Positions 17,208 to 25,840 of a stretch of 32,000 bases of DNA are shown in pieces. The DNA lies in NCBI RefSeq assembly GCF_000009705.1, contig NC_003272.1:1350001-1382000 (forward strand), read 5' to 3'. How positions within the stretch are numbered: position 1 is the first letter of the stretch; each line of letters begins with the position of its first letter. This DNA comes from Nostoc sp. PCC 7120 = FACHB-418. Lineage in GTDB: Bacteria > Cyanobacteriota > Cyanobacteriia > Cyanobacteriales > Nostocaceae. A model generated the notes under the pieces. The model was not told the origin of the DNA, did no database searches, and worked only from the letters and a program-made list of their open reading frames with translations. The translations under genes were made by a program, and so were the position numbers.

Positions 17208-17618
17208 TTATTTCGTGTGCCTAACTTCCACCACAGTATGAACGTTCCCACGGGGAGTAAAATCAGCTTTAACATTTGCCTCTAGAGGGTCACAAGCTGC
17301 GACAAAATCATCAAGAATTTGGTTGGCTGATTCTTCGTGGGAAATGTAGCGATCGCGGTAACTGTTAATATAAAGTTTGAGAGCCTTTAATTCCACCACT
17401 CGCTCATCAGGCACATAGGTAATATAAATGGTGGCGAAGTCAGGATAACCGGAAAATGGACACTTACAAGTAAATTCCGGCAAAGTAATATTAATATCAT
17501 AGCGCCGACCCACACGCGGATTGGGAAAGGTAATTAGTTGTCCTTCTGCGATTTCCCGTTCGCCATACTTAACTTCCTGGCTAGGCTGAGATACAGTTTC
17601 CGGTGAAGAATTACTCAT
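17208..17618 (-). CDS. queF: NADPH-dependent 7-cyano-7-deazaguanine (preQ0) reductase, unimodular type
   Basis: Catalytic Cys context FTCKCPFSGYPDF and the QueF motif ELKALKLYINSYR. At 136 aa the length fits the type I enzyme. Confidence 0.88.
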   Translation of the reverse strand: MSNSSPETVSQPSQEVKYGEREIAEGQLITFPNPRVGRRYDINITLPEFTCKCPFSGYPDFATIYITYVPDERVVELKALKLYINSYRDRYISHEESANQILDDFVAACDPLEANVKADFTPRGNVHTVVEVRHTK

Positions 17619-17695
17619 AAATTATTAGTCCAAAGAAATGTAAAGACCCATCACTAATAACTTAACATTCAACACCCAGCACCCAGCCCTCAAAA

Positions 17696-18091
17696 CTATT
17701 CTCGTTCCCAATCAGGACAACTCCCATCATCCCACCCATGAGGGTGCATACCACAGACTAGCAAGTTACCGCCATATACATGGCCGTGGTAATTGCTACA
17801 ACCTATGCAGGCAGCATTTTGTTCTGTTGTCGCTTCGACTGAATAGGGAAAGCCAGGATCAACATCTGCCACAACATCCTCTAGTTCCCAGTAAATATCC
17901 AGAATCGGCTCCGTTAAATCCTGTAAATACTGGTCAACTTCGGTAACAATGTTGTGTTGGACTTGTTCAGTGAATTCTTCTGTTAGCTCAAAAAAGGCAT
18001 CTACCATTTCACCCATTCCTAAGAAGAAGCGTTCTACTTCATCGGCCACGGTTTCCACCATTTCCATCAAATCTTTTTGCCATTGATCCAT
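17696..18091 (-). CDS. Conserved-looking hypothetical protein: acidic helical N-terminus plus a C-terminal Cys/His cluster
   Basis: The C-terminus reads CIGCSNYHGHVYGGNLLVCGMHPHGWDDGSCPDWE. I prefer the start at MDQWQKDL (nt 18091), because the 23-aa upstream extension to 18160 looks non-coding. Confidence 0.55.
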   Translation of the reverse strand: MDQWQKDLMEMVETVADEVERFFLGMGEMVDAFFELTEEFTEQVQHNIVTEVDQYLQDLTEPILDIYWELEDVVADVDPGFPYSVEATTEQNAACIGCSNYHGHVYGGNLLVCGMHPHGWDDGSCPDWERE

Positions 18092-18247
18092 AAACTTAAC
18101 GCCCTGGCTTGCAAAAAATAGGACGCATAGTGCTACTTGGCTGGAAACACTAAAGTACACCCTAGATCACATATATTATAGATTCTCTGGTGCGTGGTAA
18201 TATACCCAGTTAACACTGCGCTAATAAGACTTTTAACTCAGAAATAT

Positions 18248-18628
18248 CTATTCTTTTTGCAGTCTTTTTAACTCTTCTTGCAGGTCTAGCACTTGTTGGC
18301 GCAGTTCATCTACTTTTTCTGTTGATGCCTCTCTCACCGTTGGCTCTTCATCTTCCTCTAAAATTTCGATGCGACGAGGTTCAGAAGACGGCGGTTTTTC
18401 AGGAGCTTCATCTGTCGCTGGAGGCTGTTGGGCTTGCTTCATCATGTCTTCCACAAAGCGACGAGCTTCGTCTGTGGTCATTTCACCCTTGGCAACCATT
18501 TCATCTGCCAGTTTTTGGACTTGCGATCGCAGTTCAGTTAATTTACCTCCGGCTTTCTCGCCAGCGTAAGAAGCCAACCCGACACCGAGGTAAAATGCTT
18601 TTTGAACAATATCTCCAAAACCAGGCAT
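18248..18628 (-). CDS. Phasin-family-like protein (COG3937-type)
   Basis: The N-terminus MPGFGDIVQKAFYLGVGLASYAGEKAG..EMVAKGEMTTDEARRFVEDMM resembles the phasin / PHA-granule-associated family. The C-terminus is an acidic coiled coil. Confidence 0.6.
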   Translation of the reverse strand: MPGFGDIVQKAFYLGVGLASYAGEKAGGKLTELRSQVQKLADEMVAKGEMTTDEARRFVEDMMKQAQQPPATDEAPEKPPSSEPRRIEILEEDEEPTVREASTEKVDELRQQVLDLQEELKRLQKE

Positions 18629-18653
18629 TGCTGCTGATAGCTCCTAATAAATA

Positions 18654-18751
18654 GGGCGACCCGGAGACTACGCCTACCACAAGCATCCTGTGTTGCTGCT
18701 ACCTTCCGGTCCTGACAAGGTTTAGGCGTTGCAGTCGCATAGATCCAGGTC
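18654..18751 (-). ncRNA. ffs: Signal recognition particle RNA (small bacterial 4.5S type)
   Basis: The minus strand reads ..GUCAGGACCGGAAGGUAGCAGC.., matching the universally conserved SRP domain IV (E. coli GUCAGGUCCGGAAGGAAGCAGC), including the GGAA tetraloop. The U-A to A-U change beside the loop is compensatory. The 5' GACCUGGA pairs with the 3' UCCGGGUC, and GACU..ACGCCUA pairs with UAGGCGUAGUC, giving the expected long hairpin. A TATATT -10-like box lies just upstream. Confidence 0.85.
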
Positions 18752-18787
18752 TATTAACAATATAACATCAAATTCCGTAACTGTGCG

Positions 18788-19054
18788 TTATTCCACGACA
18801 ATTTTCCATTCGTAAAGTTTAAAGTTGACACAACCGCTTTTTACTAAGGGATCATCGGCAACAATTGCCTCGGCTTCTGCCATTGAAGCAGCCTCAAACA
18901 GCAACATCCCGCCACCGAATTGCGCCCAATAACCTGTTCGGGCTTTGTAACCCTTGGTAATCAAATCTCTCACGTAGGCTTGGTGAGCAGGTACGTATTG
19001 GTCAAAGGTGGATTTATCAACTTTACCTTCTTCTAACTTTACAAACCAAGGCAT
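18788..19054 (-). CDS. YciI-family protein
   Basis: 88 aa. The overall pattern (..AHQAYVRDL..GG.LLFEA.S..EAEAIVADDPLVKSG..) is typical of YciI-like proteins. Confidence 0.7.
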   Translation of the reverse strand: MPWFVKLEEGKVDKSTFDQYVPAHQAYVRDLITKGYKARTGYWAQFGGGMLLFEAASMAEAEAIVADDPLVKSGCVNFKLYEWKIVVE

Positions 19055-19217
19055 TTTGCTTGCAACCTCTGGAAATCCTATGTTCTAATATTTTCAACGG
19101 TAACGTTATCGGTCTCCAACTTCATGGAAATAAAGTGAGGAGCGATCGCGAGTTTATGTAATGTCAATTTGCAAATTACTGTATCCTGTTTTCCATTTTA
19201 AATTTTGAATTTACCTA

Positions 19218-19757
19218 ATGAGCCGTTTTTTCGTTGCCTTGCTACCGCCGCAAGAGATACAAGACTACGCCAACCAAATCAAACAGTATTTTGCAGATCA
19301 TTACGCTAGTCGCCACGCGCAAAAGTCGCCACCACACATTACACTACAACCACCTTTCAAGTGGGTAGATGATAATTTATCAATACTAGAAACCTCCTTG
19401 AGAGAGTTTGCCAGCCAGCAACAGTCAATACCAATAACTCTCAGTGGCTTTGATGCCTTTCCACCTCGTGTCATCTATATCAATGTCGAGAGAAGTCCAG
19501 AACTGTTAAACTTGCAAGCTGAGTTAATAACCCATACAGAAACTAGCTTGAAAATTGTAGATGCAGTTGGCAAACAGCGACCTTTTGCACCACACATGAC
19601 AGTAGCCTTTCGAGACTTAACAAAACAAAACTTTCAGGCTGCTTGGCCAGAATTTGCCAATCGTCAAATAAATTTTGAATTCACTGCGGATAAGTTAACT
19701 TTGCTGTTTCACGATGGTAGGCGTTGGCTGATTAAATCAGAGTTTAATTTCCTCTAG
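19218..19757 (+). CDS. ligT: 2H-phosphoesterase / RNA 2',3'-cyclic phosphodiesterase (LigT/ThpR family)
   Basis: Two H-x-T-x motifs are present: PPHITLQPPF and APHMTVAFRD. At 179 aa the length is typical. Confidence 0.8.
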   Translation: MSRFFVALLPPQEIQDYANQIKQYFADHYASRHAQKSPPHITLQPPFKWVDDNLSILETSLREFASQQQSIPITLSGFDAFPPRVIYINVERSPELLNLQAELITHTETSLKIVDAVGKQRPFAPHMTVAFRDLTKQNFQAAWPEFANRQINFEFTADKLTLLFHDGRRWLIKSEFNFL

Positions 19758-19857
19758 CCAGAACCACATATAATTTTTTATTACAGATGCTTTGCGTGTA
19801 AAGACAGAAAGGTTTGATTAGTAATTGTATATATTAATTAAATAAAATGCACGTAAT

Positions 19858-20586
19858 ATGAGTATCACCGAGACGCTCAGAAAAGGGTCAAAAGGCTCAG
19901 ATGTGAGCGAACTGCAAGAAATATTAATTAAACTAAAATTCGACCCAGGTCGGATAGATGGTGATTTCGGTAACAAAACAGAAGCGGCTGTCAAACAATT
20001 CCAGCAAAGGCAAAGTATTACTCCTGATGGCGTAGTAGAGATAAATACTCGTAATGCCTTAAATAAAGCAATTCAGAGGCAAATAGAAATAGCAAAACTT
20101 TATGGTGGGGCTTCCGGTAAATTACCACTACCAGGGGTGAATTTGATCAAGGAATTTGAAGGTTGTAAGCTGATAGCTTATCCAGATCCCCTCTCTAAAG
20201 GTAAACCTTACACCATTGGTTGGGGTTCTACCGTCAAAAAAGATGGTAGCGAATGGTCGTTGGGTGAAAAAATGACCCAAGTGGAGGCGGATGAACTGTT
20301 AATTCTTCAGTTAGAGCGTAAATATTTACCATCTCTAGAGAAAATACCCGGATGGGAAAATTTAAATCCTTACCAACAAGGAGCATTATTAAGTTTTGCC
20401 TATAACTTGGGTGCGAATTTCTACGGTTCTAAGGGCTTTGAGACAATTACTAGAGTTTTGAACAATCAAGAGTGGGACAAAATTGAACCCACACTAACTA
20501 TGTATAGAAATCCGGGTAGTTCAGTTGAGGCGGGTTTGAGGCGCAGGCGAGTAGCTGAGGCTAAACTATTTCTTCAGCCATTGTAA
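19858..20586 (+). CDS. Peptidoglycan-binding-domain plus GH24 (T4-type) lysozyme
   Basis: The N-terminal PG_binding_1-like repeat reads GSKGSDVSELQEIL..DGDFGNKTEAAVKQFQ. The lysozyme core LIKEFEGCKLIAYPDP..YTIGWG carries Glu/Asp/Thr in the T4 lysozyme arrangement. No signal peptide is evident. Confidence 0.8.
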   Translation: MSITETLRKGSKGSDVSELQEILIKLKFDPGRIDGDFGNKTEAAVKQFQQRQSITPDGVVEINTRNALNKAIQRQIEIAKLYGGASGKLPLPGVNLIKEFEGCKLIAYPDPLSKGKPYTIGWGSTVKKDGSEWSLGEKMTQVEADELLILQLERKYLPSLEKIPGWENLNPYQQGALLSFAYNLGANFYGSKGFETITRVLNNQEWDKIEPTLTMYRNPGSSVEAGLRRRRVAEAKLFLQPL

Positions 20587-20621
20587 AAGGGAAAGGGCTA
20601 AAAATATGTCATGATGGCTCG

Positions 20622-21971
20622 TCACAATTGAGCCGATGATTTACTTTGGAGTGCCAAGAAAAGGACAATTATTTCACTCATCACACCCGCCAGCATTCCA
20701 TAGGCTGCTGAAGTAGCTCCGCTATGTTTGGTAAAAATCAAACTTCCACATATTACTAAAGTAAAGGTCGCAGCAACTACTGTTGCCAAGTTGATAAACC
20801 AATTCTTACCCTTGTGAATAAGTAGCCCCTGAAACGTGTTTTGCAGAGCCAAGAGTAGGGGGAAACATGAGAGTATTTGTATAACTGGACGAGATGCTTC
20901 TACAAGGGAAGGATTATTTCCCAAAAACTGACGCAGTAAAAATAATCCTTGGTCTGTAAACCCCAGGAAAAAAGGTATTAAAGTAAAACTCAGTCCGACA
21001 ATAATTACAAAAGCAGCAAGTGTTCGCCTGGAAGTTTCTTCATAAGCAGAAATTACCACTTGTTGAATCATACGTGTACCGTTAGCGATTGAAAGCAGTA
21101 ACCCCCAAGTCGCAGGCCAGACAGCAAGTGCTAAACTACCATCGAATGAACGTGCAATGAGACTTAAGAGAATGGCTCTTGCACCCCAAACAATCAGCAT
21201 TGTTGAGGCTAAAGGAAGATAGTAAAAGCTGACTCCTGACAAAGTTTGAGGCAGTTTCTTAGTCTCAGAATATCCTTGTTGCTCAAGAATAGAAATAGCA
21301 CCAAGACGCAAACAAAACCATGTGACCAATACTGCCTCAATAAGTATTGCTCCCATCATGGTGATACCTGCGAGCATTGCCCCATCTAATCGCAAATTTA
21401 CTCCTACTACCAGTGACACAACTACCCAAGTCAATCGCGCTACACTTGCCCAACCTACAGCTATGCTCTTTTGAGCGCGGATTAACAACCCTTGAAAGAA
21501 TCGCCGCCAAGCAATCACGAAAGGCCACAGGAACATGAGCAGAAAAGCCGTTCTTCCTCGTTGAGCAATTAATGAGCTAACACCAAATACATCAAGCAGT
21601 AGCCAGTTATACAAGGGTTCCCAAGTGAGTAACAGGAAGATACCACTAAGAACTAGTCCCGCAATGATCGTAAACTGCCAAAGGGCGCGTCGAGATTTGG
21701 CTTGGCCTCCCAGTGCGGTTGAGGCATGAAGAATCATGATAATGGGGCTTTCTAGAAATACAGCAACTCCTTTGACTACCCCGACTCCGGCTAATGTTTC
21801 TTGTGGAAAGGCTAGGCGACTCAGTGCAGATGTCTGAAGCGGATCTCCAAGAGTCATGGCCACATCAGATAGGGAAAGTGGAATAAACTGGGTGAGTAGT
21901 GCTAGGAGCGATCGCCCTGAAGTTGTTTCTTGTTTCTGCTGGGGTGAGGTGTTCATGATATTTTTCAGCAC
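20622..21971 (-). CDS. Polytopic membrane transporter, MATE/MOP-superfamily-like (putative exporter)
   Basis: 449 aa with about 12 hydrophobic helices in a two-fold repeat layout. The GTG start overlaps the upstream stop by 1 nt (TAGTG at 21971), or an ATG at 21956 could be used. The family assignment is tentative. Confidence 0.55.
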   Translation of the reverse strand: MLKNIMNTSPQQKQETTSGRSLLALLTQFIPLSLSDVAMTLGDPLQTSALSRLAFPQETLAGVGVVKGVAVFLESPIIMILHASTALGGQAKSRRALWQFTIIAGLVLSGIFLLLTWEPLYNWLLLDVFGVSSLIAQRGRTAFLLMFLWPFVIAWRRFFQGLLIRAQKSIAVGWASVARLTWVVVSLVVGVNLRLDGAMLAGITMMGAILIEAVLVTWFCLRLGAISILEQQGYSETKKLPQTLSGVSFYYLPLASTMLIVWGARAILLSLIARSFDGSLALAVWPATWGLLLSIANGTRMIQQVVISAYEETSRRTLAAFVIIVGLSFTLIPFFLGFTDQGLFLLRQFLGNNPSLVEASRPVIQILSCFPLLLALQNTFQGLLIHKGKNWFINLATVVAATFTLVICGSLIFTKHSGATSAAYGMLAGVMSEIIVLFLALQSKSSAQL

Positions 21972-23068
21972 TACTCAAAATACACAGGGCTTAGTGAAGC
22001 GATCGCATCATCAAGATGAGAGTCTTGTTTGAGGGTAAATCCATGACGCTCCAGCCACTCGGAATCATACACTGTCTCCAGATATCTATCTCCTCTATCT
22101 GGATTAATCATCAAAATCCGCGCGCCCCTACCTAGTTCACGCGCCAGATGCAGTCCACCAGCTACAATCGCCCCTGTTGATGCACCCAGAAGCAAACCCT
22201 CACGACGTGCTAGGGCGTGACAGACTGAATAAGCTAAATCTTCTGGTACTATGTAAGCGCGATCGAGTAGGGAAAGATCGAGATTTGGGGGAAAGAAAGA
22301 TAAGCCAATACCCGTCATTTTGTACGGTTTTGCTGACGTTCCCATAATTACTGAACCCACCACATCAACGCCAATAATCCGAATTTTCGGGAATCGCGGC
22401 CGGAGATAACGAGCTATTCCCATGATCTGTCCCGCCGTACTGACACCGACTACCACAGCATCAAGTTCATCAGCAAAGTGGGCTTCAATTTCCCTCGCAG
22501 TGTAATACGAATGTGCCTCAGTGTTCAAAGGATTCAAGTGCTGACATGGATACCAAGCATCAGGAATAGTTGCTGCAAGCTCTTTCGCCCGTTTCATTCG
22601 TGCCTTTTGCATAGATCCCGATTCGTCTGCTTCATGTAGCGGTACATCGACAAGTTCAGCACCATACGCTTTCAACATTCGCCTAAAGGGTGGAGGAGTT
22701 TTCGCATCGACGACAATTATCACCCGATACCCTCGGACTGCTCCTACCATCGCCAATCCTACACCGAAATTTCCTGAACTGGACTCAATAATCGTACCAC
22801 CAGGTACAAGCAGCCCTTCCTCCTCTGCACACGTAACGAGGTAGACTGCATTTTTCTCCTTAATTGATCCACCAGGATTACAACTTTCCAATTTCAAGAA
22901 GCATTCTGCGATCGCACAGACAGGAGAAATATTTCTGAGTTTGACAATCGGGACATTACCCAACGCCTGGGTAACATCAGTAGCCGTAGTATTTTTCCAT
23001 TTACTATGGTTGCCGCTTTGAGGTTTGAAAATGCTTTCAAAGTATGAATATTTCGCCAAATAATTCAT
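21971..23068 (-). CDS. PLP-dependent fold-type II enzyme of the cysteine synthase / CBS / SbnA family
   Basis: NPGGSIKEK carries the PLP lysine K70. SSGNFGVGLA and the GASTGA phosphate-binding loop are present. About 35 extra N-terminal residues precede the usual CysK start. Substrate specificity cannot be read from the sequence. Confidence 0.8.
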   Translation of the reverse strand: MNYLAKYSYFESIFKPQSGNHSKWKNTTATDVTQALGNVPIVKLRNISPVCAIAECFLKLESCNPGGSIKEKNAVYLVTCAEEEGLLVPGGTIIESSSGNFGVGLAMVGAVRGYRVIIVVDAKTPPPFRRMLKAYGAELVDVPLHEADESGSMQKARMKRAKELAATIPDAWYPCQHLNPLNTEAHSYYTAREIEAHFADELDAVVVGVSTAGQIMGIARYLRPRFPKIRIIGVDVVGSVIMGTSAKPYKMTGIGLSFFPPNLDLSLLDRAYIVPEDLAYSVCHALARREGLLLGASTGAIVAGGLHLARELGRGARILMINPDRGDRYLETVYDSEWLERHGFTLKQDSHLDDAIASLSPVYFE

Positions 23069-23560
23069 ATTAATTACCCAAAAAATAAAAAATTAGCGCA
23101 AAATCTCATAGCTACATGAACTTGCTCATTGGGTTTGATTTTTTTGAAACATCACCACTACATTTTTTCTTGAAAATAAGCATAGTAACAACTATTACTC
23201 ATATAGTTAATTACCTCTTAAATCCGGTTTAATCTACTCAAAATAGATAGCAATCATGTTTGGATTGATAAATACCTAAGCAAGTATTTAAGTTATGATC
23301 ATTGCGAAATCAACATATTTTTATGTTGAAGTATAAATATGAAATCAAGATGAAATTTTTATTTAATCTTTCTTGGAAAATTCCAGAAATCAGTAGCGAT
23401 AATTTATATCCGTCAATTAATTAACTTTGATTGACATAAAATATCTCAGAATTTCATCCTAATTTCATAAATTTCTGCAAACCTATTAATAAGGGTGTCC
23501 CTATGGCGAACTATACTAAAGCCAAAAATTTACAACGAAATTTCAAATACTCAGTTTGAT

Positions 23561-24265
23561 ATGAGGGTGCTACTAGTCGAAGATGAGCCAGATTTGGGGG
23601 CAGCGATTAAGCGTACTTTAAATCAGCAAAAGTACCTAGTTGACTGGGTTATGGATGGGAATGACGCATGGACTTACTTAGAAAATAGTTCGGCGCAATA
23701 TACAGTAGTGATTCTTGATTGGATGCTTCCAGGAATTAGTGGTTTAGAATTGTGTAAAAGACTGCGTTATCAAGGTAATCCTCTTCCTATCCTGATGCTA
23801 ACTGCCAAAGATAGAATGGAAGATAAAGTTGCCGGACTAGATGCAGGTGCCGATGACTACTTAGTAAAGCCTTTCGGTATGGTGGAACTGCTGGCACGAT
23901 TGCGAGCTTTGCAACGTCGTTCTCCACACTTACAACCCCAACAATTAACTGTTGGTAACTTCACCCTAGATTACGGCAACAGTACAGTTGTTAGACAAAA
24001 TACAACAGGTGAACAGCAAAGTATTCCATTAACTAATAAAGAATTCCAACTATTGGAATATTTCATGAACCATCCTCACCAAATTGTGACAACTGAGCAA
24101 ATTCGTAATCAAATTTGGGAAGTTAATGCGGAATCTAGCAGTAATGTAGTAGCGGCCCAAATACGCTTGTTACGTCGTAAACTCACAAGTAACGACTGTC
24201 CTAATCCAATTGAAACTCTGCACGGTATGGGGTATCGTCTTAAGTTCTCAGATGAATCAAAATAA
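23561..24265 (+). CDS. OmpR/PhoB-family response regulator
   Basis: MRVLLVEDEPDLG, the receiver Asp in VVILDWMLPG, and LTAKD. The winged-helix output domain has LTNKEFQLLEYF..TLHGMGYRL. I prefer the ATG at 23561 over the GTG at 23495. Confidence 0.88.
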   Translation: MRVLLVEDEPDLGAAIKRTLNQQKYLVDWVMDGNDAWTYLENSSAQYTVVILDWMLPGISGLELCKRLRYQGNPLPILMLTAKDRMEDKVAGLDAGADDYLVKPFGMVELLARLRALQRRSPHLQPQQLTVGNFTLDYGNSTVVRQNTTGEQQSIPLTNKEFQLLEYFMNHPHQIVTTEQIRNQIWEVNAESSSNVVAAQIRLLRRKLTSNDCPNPIETLHGMGYRLKFSDESK

Positions 24266-25598
24266 ACTGTTTCGGCTTACCCGTGTTCGTTTAGCTCTGT
24301 ATTACGCTATTGTTATGGGTTTGATTTTAAGCCTATCTGCTTTTAGCTTTTATAGGTCTGTGTTTCATGCTCATGTGGTAGCTTTAGACAGTGAAATTGA
24401 GACTGTAGCGGGAACACTGCACGACAGTATTGAACTAAAATTACAGTCACCTGGACGTTTAGAACCTTTAGCAAATCAGTTATTTCCAAATACAGGTAAC
24501 TGTAGACAGGGAACTACTAATTGTATTCAAGGACAGCTGCATCCTCAACGTCATCTTCTGGGTATTGTCACTAAGACTAGCTACTATATCCGTTTTTTTG
24601 ATACTTCAGGGAAATTAATTGCTAACGCTGGTTATTATCCAGAGGGATTACCTGATGTTTTTAATCAAAAAACTTGGCAATTCCTCAAAGACAGCAAAGG
24701 TAAAGAGTATCATCAAATTAGCCTATCGCTGCATACTCAAGATTATCAAGACTGGGGATATATGCAGGTAGGGCGAAGTCTAGAAGAGTTTAATCATTAT
24801 TTGGATAGTGTAAAACTAATTTTGATATTAGGACTGCCAATAGCAATGGCTATCATTGCTGGTGCTAGTTGGTGGTTATCTGGATTAGCTATGCAGCCAA
24901 TTTATCAATCATATCGACAAATCCAACAGTTTACAGCCGATGCCGCACATGAATTACGAACTCCTTTAGCTGCAACAGGCGCAACGGTAGAATCAGCACT
25001 TTTAATGCCAAAAATAGATGAACCAGAAACACGAGATATATTGCAAACTATACAGCGTCAAAATCAAAGACTAACAACTCTGGTCGTTGACTTATTGATG
25101 TTAGCGCGTTTAGATAGACAAGCTCAAAAGTTACAGCGTGAAGTTTGTTGTTTAAATGATATCGTTAGCGATTTAATTGAAGAGTTTGCAGCGATGGCAA
25201 ATGCCGCAGGGGTAAAGCTGATATATTCAATTCGAGTTAAGCAGAATCTGAATATTATGGGGAATTCTGATCAGCTTTATCGATTGCTTTCCAACTTAAT
25301 TGTCAATGCAATTCAATACACACCTAAAGGAGGGGAAGTAACAGTTATCTTGGAACGCAATGATAATTATGCTGTCATTAAAGTTCAAGATACAGGCATT
25401 GGTATCCCACAACATGAACTGACTCGAATTTTTGATCGCTTTTATCGAGTAAGTAGCGATCGCTCTCGTAACACTGGTGGTTCTGGTTTAGGATTAGCCA
25501 TTGTTCAGGCTATTACTGAAGCACATCAAGGCAGTATAGATGTGCAGAGTGAATTAGGTAAAGGTAGTACCTTTACTATTAATTTACGAAGAAAATAA
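24252..25598 (+). CDS. Sensor histidine kinase with two TM segments and a ~160-aa extracytoplasmic loop
   Basis: H-box FTADAAHELRTPL, N-box LSNLIVNAIQYTP and G-boxes DTGIGI and GGSGLGLAIV. The ATG at 24252 overlaps the regulator stop (24263-24265) by 14 nt. Confidence 0.88.
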   Translation: MNQNKLFRLTRVRLALYYAIVMGLILSLSAFSFYRSVFHAHVVALDSEIETVAGTLHDSIELKLQSPGRLEPLANQLFPNTGNCRQGTTNCIQGQLHPQRHLLGIVTKTSYYIRFFDTSGKLIANAGYYPEGLPDVFNQKTWQFLKDSKGKEYHQISLSLHTQDYQDWGYMQVGRSLEEFNHYLDSVKLILILGLPIAMAIIAGASWWLSGLAMQPIYQSYRQIQQFTADAAHELRTPLAATGATVESALLMPKIDEPETRDILQTIQRQNQRLTTLVVDLLMLARLDRQAQKLQREVCCLNDIVSDLIEEFAAMANAAGVKLIYSIRVKQNLNIMGNSDQLYRLLSNLIVNAIQYTPKGGEVTVILERNDNYAVIKVQDTGIGIPQHELTRIFDRFYRVSSDRSRNTGGSGLGLAIVQAITEAHQGSIDVQSELGKGSTFTINLRRK

Positions 25599-25840
25599 TT
25601 GAAGCGCCTAACATACTGCCATATAACTCTGACTTTTCACGAGATATGGAAAACCCCTCTCCATAGCTTGCTTCTCTTACGATGGCGTAAGCCTACCCGT
25701 AGGGTACCTCTCCCTTACAAGGAGCTATGGTGTACACACATCTTTGCGCTGGATGCAAAATGTGGTTTGATCCCCCTAAATCCCCTACTTAAAATTGACT
25801 TTATAAATAGTCTATTAGGGGAGTCGCTTAACATCAGTTA

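Noticed and set aside
17619-17695. preQ1 riboswitch upstream of queF
   Set aside because: The 77-nt leader on the minus strand shows no preQ1-I/II-like hairpin with an A-rich tail. queF is also not a typical riboswitch-controlled gene. I do not make this call.
19218-21971. Prophage remnant around the GH24 lysozyme
   Set aside because: The neighbours are a 2H phosphoesterase and a 12-TM transporter. No integrase, holin, terminase or structural genes and no att-like repeats were seen, so only the lone lysozyme is reported.
23495-24251. Track start codons for the response regulator (GTG 23495) and the kinase (24210)
   Set aside because: The canonical receiver N-terminus MRVLLVEDE begins at the ATG at 23561. 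The kinase N-terminal TM region begins after the ATG at 24252, giving the usual short regulator/kinase overlap. The longer versions add non-conserved-looking leaders.
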